Positions 38,616 through 49,410 of a stretch of 64,000 nucleotides of DNA are shown in pieces. Within the stretch, counting starts at the first letter, position 1; each line of letters opens with the position of its first letter. The translations under genes were made by a program, and so were the position numbers. The stretch is from Staphylococcus phage vB_SauM-UFV_DC4, in sequence record MZ779063.1. The stretch is one strand, 5' to 3'. The notes below the pieces were generated by a model that saw only the letters and a list, made by a program, of their open reading frames with translations, was not told the origin of the DNA and did no database searches.

Positions 38616-39770
38616 ATGAATTTACAAGAAGAACAACAATTAAATAAAATTAATAAAATAATGAATATCAATGAAGATGCTTTTAATTTTAGTAAAAATA
38701 CTTCATTATTGAGAGAAATAGATGAAGAATTTAAAACATTATTAGATAGTTATAATTATGATAAATCTGATTTTGATTTAATTGATAAACATGAAATAAA
38801 TAAAATATCTACTAATATTTCTAAAATCACTAAGAAGCTATTTAATACTAATATGAAATTAAAATTTGTTGAAGCTGATCCTAAAGGAAAAGATAAATTT
38901 AGAGTTGAATCAATTGCAAGTACAATTATAAAACCAGAACAAATTAGAAATACATTAGATGGAATTTCTAAAATAGTTATAGAAGAAAAGAATGGAATAT
39001 ATTATTCTAAACCTAGAGAAATTGAAGTTTTTATGGAGTTATCATCTTTAAGATACTTTTTAGAAATGAAAAAGAATTCTAAGAAGGTATCTTTTTCTAA
39101 TTTTAATGAAAGAGTTTGTACTTCAATATTATTACATGAAATAGGACATAATTTATTTTTACCTATTGAAATTAAAGTAATAACTCAAGGTAAAGAACCT
39201 GCTTTTGAGCTTAAATATAAAGACAATAAACCGGTACAATTTCAATATACTAAAGATATAGAAGCGGACACTGATAGAAATTTAAAATTAGCTGGTCCTA
39301 TGATAATTTCTATGACACTAATGGTTGCTATTTTAACTTCATTAACAGGTGTAGCTGCTATAACTGGAATTGCTTCTATTTTTTCTTTCTTTAAATTAGG
39401 ATCAATGGATAATAAAAGAGTAGAAAAAATGAATTATAATCTATCTGAAAGATCTGCTAATCAATTACCTGCTTTATATGGATATGCAAAAGAGAATATA
39501 ATGCTTTACGATATGGTTTATGCTGCAACTAATAGTAAAATGGAAAAAACTAAAAATAATATTTTCAGTAAAATATTTAGAGGATTAATGTATCCTGGTA
39601 GATTATTTATTAGAAATTATAAAGACTATTCATCAGATTCCATTGATAATACTATTAAGACTCTTAAATTTGAAATAAGTAACCCTAATAATAGTAAAGA
39701 AGTTAAAGAAAGTTTAAAACAACAACTTTCTGATATTCAAACTTTGATGAAGAAATCAGATAGAATGTAG
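38616..39770 (+). CDS. Membrane-associated zinc-metalloprotease-like protein (HEIGH motif, two TM helices).
   Basis: SILLHEIGHNLFLP is a HExxH zincin motif. The hydrophobic stretch is LAGPMIISMTLMVAILTSLTGVAAITGIASIFSFF. Confidence 0.45.
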   Translation: MNLQEEQQLNKINKIMNINEDAFNFSKNTSLLREIDEEFKTLLDSYNYDKSDFDLIDKHEINKISTNISKITKKLFNTNMKLKFVEADPKGKDKFRVESIASTIIKPEQIRNTLDGISKIVIEEKNGIYYSKPREIEVFMELSSLRYFLEMKKNSKKVSFSNFNERVCTSILLHEIGHNLFLPIEIKVITQGKEPAFELKYKDNKPVQFQYTKDIEADTDRNLKLAGPMIISMTLMVAILTSLTGVAAITGIASIFSFFKLGSMDNKRVEKMNYNLSERSANQLPALYGYAKENIMLYDMVYAATNSKMEKTKNNIFSKIFRGLMYPGRLFIRNYKDYSSDSIDNTIKTLKFEISNPNNSKEVKESLKQQLSDIQTLMKKSDRM

Positions 39771-39795
39771 ATAAGAAAAGTGAGTTGAAATAAAT

Positions 39796-41829
39796 ATGAC
39801 TACTAAACCAAAATTAAAGAAAAAAGTGTATTACGATTATAAAACTAATAATGTTAGTTTTTTAAGAGTAGCTAGAGATCTTAAGAAGAACAACGTTAGA
39901 AATTATGGTATTCCATTAACTTTATATGATAAAAATCTTGTGGGAGTAGATCCTTGGGATCCTGAACTTTCTGATGAAATGAAAACTCGTGTGTTAAGAG
40001 AAGCTAAAATTAATATATGGTTTTATCTAAGGGAAGTTATAAGAGTTCCTGTTCCTGGTGGTAAGGTTATGTATGAACTTCATAGAGGTAATATGGCTAT
40101 GACTTTTTGTATGCTACATAACCTCGATACAGCTATAATGCTTCCACGTCAGCACTATAAAACATATTCAGCTGTATGTTATTATTCATGGATAATGTTA
40201 TTAGTAGGTAGTAACTATACAATGCTATTTACACATAAATCATATTCAGATACAACGGAAAACTTAAAACGTCTTAAAAACTTATTTAAAGAGAAGTGTT
40301 TACCTGAATATGTATTAGCTAACTTTGGTGATAAAAATGATAGAGATAAGATTAATGAGTTTCAATTAGCTAGTAATAATAATACCATTAAAACAGTTTC
40401 ACCACCAACCAATGCTGAATCTGCAAACAAGGCAGGAAGAGGTAGTACCGTTCCAATGGTTTGGCTAGATGAGTGGGCTTTCATTCCACATAATCAAACA
40501 ATGTTTGAAGCAATGAGACCAGCAGTCTCTACAGCATCAGCTATAGCTAAAAAGAACGGTACACCTTATGGTCTTCTTATCACCACAACACCGAGTACTT
40601 TAGATGTACCTCAAGGACAGTTTTTCTTTGAACAAATGAATGATGCGGCTCAATGGACAGAAAAAATATATGATTATTACATTAATTCTGAAGAAGAAGG
40701 TAACGAAAAATTAGAAGAATATATGGAAAGTAATTCAGGTAATTCATTCATCTATATAGAATATTCATATAAAGAATTAGGTAAAGATGACACTTGGTTA
40801 GAAAAGCAAAAACGTCAAATTGGTTCTTTAGAAGCAGTTAAACGTGAAATACTTCTTGAATGGGCATTTAGTAACGATGATTCATTATTTGATGAAGAAC
40901 AAATGTCAGAATTATCATTATATGCAAATAAAGAGATATATAATACTATTGATTTTAAAATAAATGGTAAAACTTATTATGTTCATATGATTAAAAAGAT
41001 GGAAAATATGCATGAAAAGAACTGGCTTGTTGGTATTGACATATCTGGCGGTCTTGGTCGAGATAATACTGCATTTACTGTAGTTGATCCGGGTACATTA
41101 GAACCAGTAATGGTCTTCCAAAATAATATAATTAATGGTCCTACTTTCAGAAAATTAATTAAAGAACTTATTACACTTTATATACCTAATGCAGTATTAA
41201 TACCTGAACGTAACTATGCTGGTACAGTAATGATAGAAGATATGATTCAAACTGATAATATTGGAGATAATATTTTTTATTCATTAAAGAATAGAACAGC
41301 AGAAAAACAAGTTGAAGTTAATAAACAAGTATTTAATGAAATGCCTAGACATAGCACTAATAAAGTTACTAAACAAGTAAGAAGATATGGTATCGATACA
41401 ACTAAAAAATCTCGTGACTTAATGCTTAATGAAATTTTATCAATGATAGTTGAAGAAAAGCCTTATCTGGTTAATAATAAACCATTATTCCAACAAATAA
41501 AATCTCTTCAAATGAAAAAAGGTAGAATTGATCATCCTGATGGCGGTCATGATGACTTACTTATGAGTTATTTATTCTGCTTATACGCATACTATTATGA
41601 AAAAGATATTAAGAAATTTGTTAAAGTTAAATACGGTTCAATAGTATCTCCAACTGGAGAAAATGCGGAAGAGATTGAAAAAGAAAGACAAGCTAGAAGA
41701 AAAGATATTGCATCCATAAAACGTATTGGTGGAATTATTGATGGTAATTCTCCTAGCAATCCTCTATTACAGAATAATAATTCCGCTCCAAATCAAAAAT
41801 CAAAAAGAATAATGAATTTATTGGATTGA
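39796..41829 (+). CDS. terL: Terminase large subunit (T4 gp17-like).
   Basis: The deviant Walker A LPRQHYKT resembles T4 SRQLGKT. The Walker B MVWLDEWAF resembles T4 MIYIDECAF. A C-terminal nuclease-like region carries DHPDGGHDD. Confidence 0.75.
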   Translation: MTTKPKLKKKVYYDYKTNNVSFLRVARDLKKNNVRNYGIPLTLYDKNLVGVDPWDPELSDEMKTRVLREAKINIWFYLREVIRVPVPGGKVMYELHRGNMAMTFCMLHNLDTAIMLPRQHYKTYSAVCYYSWIMLLVGSNYTMLFTHKSYSDTTENLKRLKNLFKEKCLPEYVLANFGDKNDRDKINEFQLASNNNTIKTVSPPTNAESANKAGRGSTVPMVWLDEWAFIPHNQTMFEAMRPAVSTASAIAKKNGTPYGLLITTTPSTLDVPQGQFFFEQMNDAAQWTEKIYDYYINSEEEGNEKLEEYMESNSGNSFIYIEYSYKELGKDDTWLEKQKRQIGSLEAVKREILLEWAFSNDDSLFDEEQMSELSLYANKEIYNTIDFKINGKTYYVHMIKKMENMHEKNWLVGIDISGGLGRDNTAFTVVDPGTLEPVMVFQNNIINGPTFRKLIKELITLYIPNAVLIPERNYAGTVMIEDMIQTDNIGDNIFYSLKNRTAEKQVEVNKQVFNEMPRHSTNKVTKQVRRYGIDTTKKSRDLMLNEILSMIVEEKPYLVNNKPLFQQIKSLQMKKGRIDHPDGGHDDLLMSYLFCLYAYYYEKDIKKFVKVKYGSIVSPTGENAEEIEKERQARRKDIASIKRIGGIIDGNSPSNPLLQNNNSAPNQKSKRIMNLLD

Positions 41830-41836
41830 TTACAAT

Positions 41837-41870
41837 AAAGGTAATGGCATAATAATTTGTCATTACCTTT
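41837..41870 (+). terminator. Terminator hairpin (aaaggtaatg / cattaccttt) plus a T-run.
   Basis: 10-bp inverted repeat. Confidence 0.55.
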
Positions 41871-42007
41871 TTATTATCACAAATTTTTATTATTCCATCT
41901 TAACTAATTTGTATAATAGAATTTCAAGAATAATTTTAAATTAGAATTTTTTCTAAATTTAATAGAATAATATAATATATAATAATAAAACGGATGGTGA
42001 AAATAAA

Positions 42008-42799
42008 TTGGCAAAAACATATTTAATTGACGATAAAGATGATTTAGAAATGGTAAAAGAAGAATATGATGAAGTCATTATGAATATATCTGAAGACATT
42101 ATGATTGATAATATTAAAGAACAAATTGAAGATTCAAATTCAAGACAGTTCTATATTAATCAATATCATAAAGATTTCTTTGAATACTTTGAAATTAGAT
42201 TTAAATTTATTTTAGAAAGATATAAAGAAGATAATGATATCTTAATTAAAACTAAACAAGTTTATCATGATATTCTTAATGAAATTCAAGAATCTATTGA
42301 AAATACTTATCAATTTTCTTTAGAATTTCCAGAAGATATTTTAATTGAAGATAAAGCTCAATACATTAAATCATTGTATAATTTCTTTGTATTAAATAAA
42401 AAAGAAACTTTAAATAATTTATTTATTAACTATATTGAGAAGAATATAATGCAATTAGCTAAAACTTATAAAGATAGTATGGATGAAGATGTTATTAACT
42501 CTCTTTCATATAATAACTTAAAGAAAACTATTGATAATGATTATACACCTTTAGTATATTCTATTCCTGAAATTATTGATGGTATTCATATTTCTGATAA
42601 TGAAGATGTAATAGAGACTATTATCTATGATGAAGAATCTGAATTAAATAACTATCAAATTGATAAAATGTTAGTAGAACAATCTGTAACAGATGTTAGA
42701 TTTGATAATCATTTAATTAATGTATTTAGAGATTCTTTTATAGAGAATAATGTATTACATCGAGAAGTTCAATACTATTTTATAGATAAGTATAAATAA
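42008..42799 (+). CDS. Hypothetical acidic protein, TTG start.
   Basis: ORF with RBS ggtga. Confidence 0.4.
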   Translation: MAKTYLIDDKDDLEMVKEEYDEVIMNISEDIMIDNIKEQIEDSNSRQFYINQYHKDFFEYFEIRFKFILERYKEDNDILIKTKQVYHDILNEIQESIENTYQFSLEFPEDILIEDKAQYIKSLYNFFVLNKKETLNNLFINYIEKNIMQLAKTYKDSMDEDVINSLSYNNLKKTIDNDYTPLVYSIPEIIDGIHISDNEDVIETIIYDEESELNNYQIDKMLVEQSVTDVRFDNHLINVFRDSFIENNVLHREVQYYFIDKYK

Positions 42800-42823
42800 T
42801 AACATATAAGGAGAAAAGCTAAA

Positions 42824-43570
42824 ATGACTGAAGATAAGAGCAAAGAATTAGATTTAGAAAAATTAGAACAAGATATAGAACAAGCTAATGATGAATTTGA
42901 AAAAGAAAATGAAAAGATTGAGAAAGAGTTAGAAGAAACAAAAGAGGGAATTAATAAAGAAATAGCTTCTTATTATGGTAAAGATAGTATTAGTCTTAAT
43001 GACACTATTTCAGTAGATGCTAAGGTTAATAGATACCAAGAAAAATTAGACTTTATTAATGGAGATTTAAGTTTTGATAGTGAAGATGATATTCCTGAAA
43101 GACTTAAACCTTTTAAAAATATGGAAATAAAAGATACTAAACAAATTGAAAATATTATTCAACAAATTAAAGACAGTAAAGAGGCTAAACATCTTGTAGA
43201 AAATATTACTATTAGTAAATTACCTGTTAATGATAATAAACTTAAAAAAGTAAATGAAAAATTAAATATGAAAATTTACAGATATAATAAGTTACATGGT
43301 AATGAAAATAATGAATATAATTACATTGATTTAGAAGATATTCATAATACTCTAAAAAATGCTTTAGACAACGATAGTTTCAAAGAATCAAATACATTAT
43401 ACAAATTTATGTGTGCATTAGGTTCATACATGTCGCAAAATTATGAAAAATATCCTTACTATATAAAATCTCTTTCTGAAAATGTTGACTACATTGGAAA
43501 ATTCGGTAATAAATTAGATCAGAACGAAGACTTTATCAAAGTAATAAATAGTATTCTTAAGAAATACTAA
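42824..43570 (+). CDS. Hypothetical protein (248 aa).
   Basis: RBS aaggagaa. Confidence 0.45.
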   Translation: MTEDKSKELDLEKLEQDIEQANDEFEKENEKIEKELEETKEGINKEIASYYGKDSISLNDTISVDAKVNRYQEKLDFINGDLSFDSEDDIPERLKPFKNMEIKDTKQIENIIQQIKDSKEAKHLVENITISKLPVNDNKLKKVNEKLNMKIYRYNKLHGNENNEYNYIDLEDIHNTLKNALDNDSFKESNTLYKFMCALGSYMSQNYEKYPYYIKSLSENVDYIGKFGNKLDQNEDFIKVINSILKKY

Positions 43571-43612
43571 AATATATTATTAAAAATTATAAGAAAGAGG
43601 TTTGATTAAAAG

Positions 43613-43852
43613 ATGGAACAAATTAAATTTTATACTAAGAATAACTGTGCTAAATGTGGTTTCAGTAAAATGTTTTTAAATAATAAAGGTGTTGCTTACA
43701 CTGAAATCAATATTGATGAAGATGAAAGTGCTAAAGAAGAACTTTTATCTAAAGGATACCAATCATTACCTGTAATTGATTTTGGAACAGATGTAATCGT
43801 TGGTAATGATCCTGCTAAATTAAATCAAATTTTATCTACAGTTACTGCTTAA
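43613..43852 (+). CDS. nrdH: NrdH-like glutaredoxin/thioredoxin-fold redoxin (CxxC).
   Basis: 79 aa with a CAKC motif near the N-terminus; it lies immediately upstream of nrdI and nrdE. Confidence 0.65.
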   Translation: MEQIKFYTKNNCAKCGFSKMFLNNKGVAYTEINIDEDESAKEELLSKGYQSLPVIDFGTDVIVGNDPAKLNQILSTVTA

Positions 43853-43876
43853 TTAAATATAAAGGAGATTATAATT

Positions 43877-44077
43877 ATGCAAACTATTTTTAATAGTCCA
43901 GAAGAAGTAGATTTTAAAAAATTAGCTGAGAAAGCTAGAAATAATGATAATGAATTAAATACAAAAGCTGTTCATGAAGGAGAATACAATTACAATTTCA
44001 GTATTGAAGGTTGGAATTACTCATTCAGTTCAGATGGAACTTATTGGAAATGGAATTATCAACAAGTTAATCAATAA
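43877..44077 (+). CDS. Small hypothetical protein (66 aa).
   Basis: RBS aaggaga. Confidence 0.35.
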   Translation: MQTIFNSPEEVDFKKLAEKARNNDNELNTKAVHEGEYNYNFSIEGWNYSFSSDGTYWKWNYQQVNQ

Positions 44078-44095
44078 TAATGATTAATAAAAAAC

Positions 44096-44126
44096 GATCT
44101 ATCACAGAGATAATCTGTGATGGATC
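44096..44126 (+). terminator. Imperfect hairpin (gatctatcacaga / tctgtgatggatc) plus a T-run.
   Basis: 13-bp stem with one mismatch. Confidence 0.45.
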
Positions 44127-44164
44127 TATTTTTAACGAAAAATTTTATATTTGGAGAGATTTAA

Positions 44165-44569
44165 ATGAAATTACTTTATTTCTCATTAACAGGAAATAGT
44201 AAAAAATTTGCTGAGAAATTAGATAGCTCTATAGTAGGAGAACCTATTGAACTTAATAGAGATAATTGTGATGATATTAAAATGGATGAAGAGTATGTAT
44301 TAGTATGTGGATCTTACAATACTCCTCACGCTATTTACAATCATGTAGAAAAATTCTTTAATAATGGTAATAATTTAGAATTATGTAAAGGTATAATTGG
44401 CTCAGGAAATAGAAACCTAAATTATCAATTCTTAACTACACCTAAAAGATTATGTAGTGATTTTAATTTAGAATTGATTGCAGGAGTAGAATTGTTTGGA
44501 ATTAAAAATGAACATTTAGAAGTAAATAAAAAATTAGAAGAGTTATCTAACTCTAGTATTATAAATTAA
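44165..44569 (+). CDS. nrdI: NrdI flavodoxin-like RNR stimulatory protein.
   Basis: The N-terminus MKLLYFSLTGNSKKFAEKL is typical of NrdI; it is directly upstream of nrdE. Confidence 0.7.
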   Translation: MKLLYFSLTGNSKKFAEKLDSSIVGEPIELNRDNCDDIKMDEEYVLVCGSYNTPHAIYNHVEKFFNNGNNLELCKGIIGSGNRNLNYQFLTTPKRLCSDFNLELIAGVELFGIKNEHLEVNKKLEELSNSSIIN

Positions 44570-44595
44570 TATATTGTAAGGAGACTTTTAATAAA

Positions 44596-46797
44596 ATGCC
44601 AAAAGAAATAGACTTAACTTCAGAAAAATTTAAAGATTATTCATATAACGAATTAAACTCAAGAGGTTCACAATTAAAAGATGGTAATTTAGATTTAGAA
44701 TTTGAATTAACATCTGTTAAAAAATATTTCTTAGATTCAGTTAATAAGAATGTAAGATACTTTAAAACATATAAAGAAAAAATTAATTATTTAGTTGATA
44801 ATGATTATATTGATGGAGACATGATCAGTAATTATGATTTTGAATTTATTAAAGGATTAATGAAAGAATTAATGGCTTATAAACATAGATTCACTCGTCT
44901 ATTAGGAGCTAAGAAATTCTATGAACAGTATGCAATGAAAGATGATGCAGGAGAAATTTTATTAGAACTATATGAAGATAGAATTTTATTTGTAGCTTTA
45001 TATTTAGCTGATGGTGATGAAGAATTAGCTAGAAATATTGCTAATGAAATTATTACAGGTACTTTCCAACCTGCTACACCAACATTCCTTAATGCAGGTA
45101 GAGTACGTTCTGGGGAATTAGTAAGTTGTTTCTTATTAACTATGGAAGATTCTTTATCATCTATTTATAGAAATATTTCTAACGTGGCACAATTAAGTAA
45201 ACGTGGTGGAGGAATTGGAGTATCTTTAAGTAATTTACGTGCTGACAATGATCCAATTAAAGGTGTTGAAGGAGCAGCTTCAGGAGTAGTTCCAGTTATG
45301 AAAGTATTTGAAGACACATTATCGTATGTAAATCAATTGGGTCAACGTAATGGTGCAGGTGCACTTTACTTAAACATTTTCCATAAAGATGTAGTAAAAT
45401 TCTTAGATACTAAGAAAGAAAATGCTGATGAGAAAGTAAGATTAAAAACTATTTCATTAGGTTTAACAGTTCCAGATAAATATTATCAATTAGTTAAAGA
45501 AAATAAATCATTATATACATTTAGTCCATATGATATTAAAAAATATTACGATTTAGATTTCGATAGTATTGACTTTAATACTTACTATGATATCTTTGTA
45601 GATGATAAACGTATTAGCAAAGAGAAAATGTATGCTCGTGATTTAGAAACTACTATTAGTAAATTACAACAAGAATCTGGCTATCCTTATATCATTAATA
45701 TTGATACTGCTAATAGAGCTAATCCAATTAGTCATGGTACAATTAAAATGAGTAACCTATGTAGTGAAATTTTACAAGTACAATACCCTTCATTAGTTGA
45801 CGATAATCAACAATATGTTAAAACAGGAACAGACGTTTCATGTAACTTAGCTTCAACTATCGTACCTGGTTTAATGAAATCAGAAGACTTTGGTAAATCA
45901 GTTGGAACTATGTTAAGAAGTTTAAATTCAGTGGCAGAAAAATCTAATATTGAAGCTGTACCTACAGTTAAGAAAGCTAATGATTTATTCCATACGGTTG
46001 GTTTAGGTGCAATGGGATTACACACATATTTAGCTGAAAATCATATTCAATATGGATCAGAAGAATCTAAAGACTTTACTAATATTTATTTCATGTTATT
46101 AAACTATTGGACATTAGTTGAATCAAATAAAATTGCTAAAGAAAAAGATGAATCATTCTACTTATTTGATAAAACTGAATATGCTGATGGTTCTTACTTT
46201 GATAAACGTTATATTGGTAAAAATATTCAACCACGTACTGAAAAAGTTAAAGAATTATTTGAAGATATCTTTATTCCATCTGATAGTGATTGGGAACAAT
46301 TAAGAAATAATATCGTTATGGATGGTTTATACAATCAAAATAGATTAGCTGTAGCACCTAATGGTTCTATTGGTTATGTTAGAGAAGTATCACCTTCAAT
46401 TCACCCTATTGTTGAATTAATTGAAGAACGTGTAGAAGGTAAAACAGGTACTACTTTCTATCCAGCACCAGGTATTACACCAGATAACTTTGATTACTTT
46501 AAGAAAAATGCTTATCAATTAGATATGAGAGATATGATTGATTTATATTCAGAAGCTCAATATCATGTAGATCAAGGTATTTCTATGAATATTTATTTAA
46601 TGAATGAACTTGATCCAGATCTTTATGAATGGAAAAAAGATTCTTTAGATAAAGAAACTACTACTCGTGATATTAGTAGATTACGTAACTATGCTTACAG
46701 TAAAGGTATTAAATCTATGTATTATACTCGTATTTATTCACCAGACCATGATGAAAATTCTCAAGGTATTGTTGAATGTGAATCTTGTTCTATTTAA
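44596..46797 (+). CDS. nrdE: Ribonucleotide reductase class Ib alpha subunit.
   Basis: 733 aa. It carries the active-site MSNLCSEI motif and the C-terminal redox-shuttle cysteines CESCSI. Confidence 0.85.
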   Translation: MPKEIDLTSEKFKDYSYNELNSRGSQLKDGNLDLEFELTSVKKYFLDSVNKNVRYFKTYKEKINYLVDNDYIDGDMISNYDFEFIKGLMKELMAYKHRFTRLLGAKKFYEQYAMKDDAGEILLELYEDRILFVALYLADGDEELARNIANEIITGTFQPATPTFLNAGRVRSGELVSCFLLTMEDSLSSIYRNISNVAQLSKRGGGIGVSLSNLRADNDPIKGVEGAASGVVPVMKVFEDTLSYVNQLGQRNGAGALYLNIFHKDVVKFLDTKKENADEKVRLKTISLGLTVPDKYYQLVKENKSLYTFSPYDIKKYYDLDFDSIDFNTYYDIFVDDKRISKEKMYARDLETTISKLQQESGYPYIINIDTANRANPISHGTIKMSNLCSEILQVQYPSLVDDNQQYVKTGTDVSCNLASTIVPGLMKSEDFGKSVGTMLRSLNSVAEKSNIEAVPTVKKANDLFHTVGLGAMGLHTYLAENHIQYGSEESKDFTNIYFMLLNYWTLVESNKIAKEKDESFYLFDKTEYADGSYFDKRYIGKNIQPRTEKVKELFEDIFIPSDSDWEQLRNNIVMDGLYNQNRLAVAPNGSIGYVREVSPSIHPIVELIEERVEGKTGTTFYPAPGITPDNFDYFKKNAYQLDMRDMIDLYSEAQYHVDQGISMNIYLMNELDPDLYEWKKDSLDKETTTRDISRLRNYAYSKGIKSMYYTRIYSPDHDENSQGIVECESCSI

Positions 46798-47031
46798 TTG
46801 GAGGTATTTAATATGACATTAAAAGAAAAATTTGAAAGTAAATATAGAAATTTAAATAAAGAACCAGAAATTTTAATTGTAGTAATTAAACTACCAAGTG
46901 GAGCTAAGGAAGTAATTTCCAATAGCTCTGACTTGGATAATAAAGTTCATTATTACTTAGAAAATTATGATGATCAATTTAGACATGTTAGAGATAGCAA
47001 TGTACAGATAATTGATTTCGTATTAGTTTAA
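46798..47031 (+). CDS. Small hypothetical protein between nrdE and nrdF.
   Basis: RBS ggaggt. Confidence 0.4.
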   Translation: MEVFNMTLKEKFESKYRNLNKEPEILIVVIKLPSGAKEVISNSSDLDNKVHYYLENYDDQFRHVRDSNVQIIDFVLV

Positions 47032-47056
47032 AAATAAAGAAAAAGGATGAAGTTAA

Positions 47057-48127
47057 ATGGATAGAGGAGATTTCTTAACAAGTTATACAAAAGATAAAGG
47101 TTATTATACACCTGTAAATTGGAATAGAGTAGATGATTATGTAGATATTATGACATATGACACTTTAGTATCTCAATTTTGGACATCAACACGTATTCCA
47201 GTATCTAATGATATTAAAGCTTGGTCTAATACTGATGATTTAACTAAAGGAGTAGTTAATAAAGTATTTGCTGAATTAACTATTTTAGATACACTTCAAT
47301 CTCGTGAAGGTTCTGATGCTTTAATGCATAGTGCATTAACTACATTAGAAGAAGATGTATTAAGAAATATCGGTTTTATGGAATCAATTCATGCTCGTAG
47401 TTATAGTACTATTTTTACTACATTATGTACTTCAAAAGAAGTAGATGAAAACTTTGAATGGGCAGAAAATAATAAATATGTACAAAAGAAAATTAAATTA
47501 ATAAATGAAGCTTATCAATCTGGAGATATTCTTAAAATTCAAGCAGCTTCAGTATTCTTAGAATCATTCTTATTCTATTCAGGTTTCTATACTCCTTTAA
47601 GATTAAAAGATAGTCTTAAATCAGTTCTTGAAATCATAAAATTAATCTTAAGAGATGAGTCTGTTCATGGTTCATATATTGGATATAAATTCAGTAAGAG
47701 ATTTGAAAAATTAAGTGAAGAAGAAAAAAATGAAACTAAAATGTGGGTAAATAACTTACTATTTGAACTTTATCAAGTTGAATGTGAATTCATTGAAGAA
47801 GTTTATACTGAAATTGGTTGGGCAGAAGATGTTAAATTATTCGCTCAATATAATGCTAATAAAGCTCTATTAAATCTTAAATTAGATCCTATTTTCGAAA
47901 CTACTGAAGAAGATGTAAACCCTATCGTAATGGCAGGATTAAAAACTTCTACAGGAAATCATGACTTCTTCTCTCAAGAAGGTAATGGTTATTTATTAGG
48001 TAAAGCTGAAAATACTAAAGAAGAAGATTATGATTCAATCGATATTAATGAACTTAATAAGAATATCATTGATTCGTATAAAGATAAAGCAGACGATAGA
48101 TTTAGTCATAGTTACTATATAGATTAA
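47057..48127 (+). CDS. nrdF: Ribonucleotide reductase class Ib beta subunit.
   Basis: 356 aa. Ferritin-like di-iron ligand blocks MESIHARSY and RDESVHGSY are present. Confidence 0.8.
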   Translation: MDRGDFLTSYTKDKGYYTPVNWNRVDDYVDIMTYDTLVSQFWTSTRIPVSNDIKAWSNTDDLTKGVVNKVFAELTILDTLQSREGSDALMHSALTTLEEDVLRNIGFMESIHARSYSTIFTTLCTSKEVDENFEWAENNKYVQKKIKLINEAYQSGDILKIQAASVFLESFLFYSGFYTPLRLKDSLKSVLEIIKLILRDESVHGSYIGYKFSKRFEKLSEEEKNETKMWVNNLLFELYQVECEFIEEVYTEIGWAEDVKLFAQYNANKALLNLKLDPIFETTEEDVNPIVMAGLKTSTGNHDFFSQEGNGYLLGKAENTKEEDYDSIDINELNKNIIDSYKDKADDRFSHSYYID

Positions 48128-48215
48128 TAAAAATTTTATTGAATGATTAACAAATATAGTATAATAAAAATAAAAAAGGTAATTTGTTTTTATTATGATT
48201 AATTTGCATACATTT

Positions 48216-48246
48216 CCCCTAACATTCTTAATTGATTGTTAGGGGA
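48216..48246 (+). terminator. Terminator hairpin (cccctaaca / tgttagggg) plus a T-run.
   Basis: Inverted repeat followed by atttttt. Confidence 0.6.
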
Positions 48247-48317
48247 TTTTTTACGCCAAATTTTGATCTGTAACAAAGATATATTAATTCAATTAATGGG
48301 AAAGGAGATAAAATGGA

Positions 48318-49064
48318 TTGAAACTTAAAGAACTTAAAAGAGATGGAAATTCTATTATATTCACTGGTGAAATATTAGACATTTACATTCCAAGAGAACA
48401 ATTCAAAAAAGGTTTATCAGAACATCGTGGTGAGTATATTAACACGTATGGAATGTTTCAATTTGAAATAAAAACTGAGAAGCAAGCTGAAGAAGGTAAA
48501 CAAGGTGTTTTAAGAAAAATGAAATATCCTAACCCTATCGATTTTAACTATGTAGAGAATTTTAAGTTTGATGGAAAACTGTCAGATAACATGGATTCAA
48601 TACAATATGAAGTCTTTAGACTAAGAACCGGATGTCAATTTGTAGCTAATGTTAATATAGAACAATCAGCTGAAACTGTTAAGAATTTCTTATTCTTATT
48701 CCATGCAGGTAAATTACCTACTTTTATAGATTATAATGATATTATTAAACTTCATTATGATGTATTGGATAGTAATAAAGTAAACCTTAAATCTAATTCA
48801 TTAACTTATGAATTGATTATTGCTGAATTATGTAGATATAAAGAAAATGTAGAAACGCCTTATAGAATAGCTTTAAATAAAAAACAAAATGTTGGCCCTT
48901 TAGATTATATTAATTACAATCTTAAAAAATTACCTAACCTTAATTCTACATTTGCTTCATTCACATTTGAAGGTATGGATGATACTATTGTGACATCTAT
49001 AGGTAGAACTGCTAAAGGTGGAACAGAAAAACGTTCACCATTAGAAGACGTAATGAAATATTAA
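48318..49064 (+). CDS. Hypothetical protein (248 aa), TTG start.
   Basis: RBS aaggag 10 nt upstream of the TTG. Confidence 0.45.
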   Translation: MKLKELKRDGNSIIFTGEILDIYIPREQFKKGLSEHRGEYINTYGMFQFEIKTEKQAEEGKQGVLRKMKYPNPIDFNYVENFKFDGKLSDNMDSIQYEVFRLRTGCQFVANVNIEQSAETVKNFLFLFHAGKLPTFIDYNDIIKLHYDVLDSNKVNLKSNSLTYELIIAELCRYKENVETPYRIALNKKQNVGPLDYINYNLKKLPNLNSTFASFTFEGMDDTIVTSIGRTAKGGTEKRSPLEDVMKY

Positions 49065-49087
49065 TAAGAAAGGATGAATCTAATAAA

Positions 49088-49282
49088 ATGTTCTGGAAAG
49101 TATCAAAGAATCTCTTAAAGTTATCTAGAAGTATTTTAACATTCATTGAACTTAATTCAAATAAAAAGAAATATCCACCTTATTTAGCTTTTTTAGTATT
49201 CCAGAATAGTATAACAATAGATCAAGTTCCTAATGAATTTAAAGAAGAAGTTCAATATTTATTGGATGAAAGTTTTAAATAA
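49088..49282 (+). CDS. Small hypothetical ORF (64 aa).
   Basis: ORF only; weak call. Confidence 0.25.
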   Translation: MFWKVSKNLLKLSRSILTFIELNSNKKKYPPYLAFLVFQNSITIDQVPNEFKEEVQYLLDESFK

Positions 49283-49410
49283 ATTATGATTGGTATCATT
49301 GTATATACTTTTCTAAATTAAACATACTATTATAAAATTTAATTATAATATAAAATCTATTGAAATTAATCACATAGATGTAAATATTCGAAAGGAAGGT
49401 TACAAAACAT

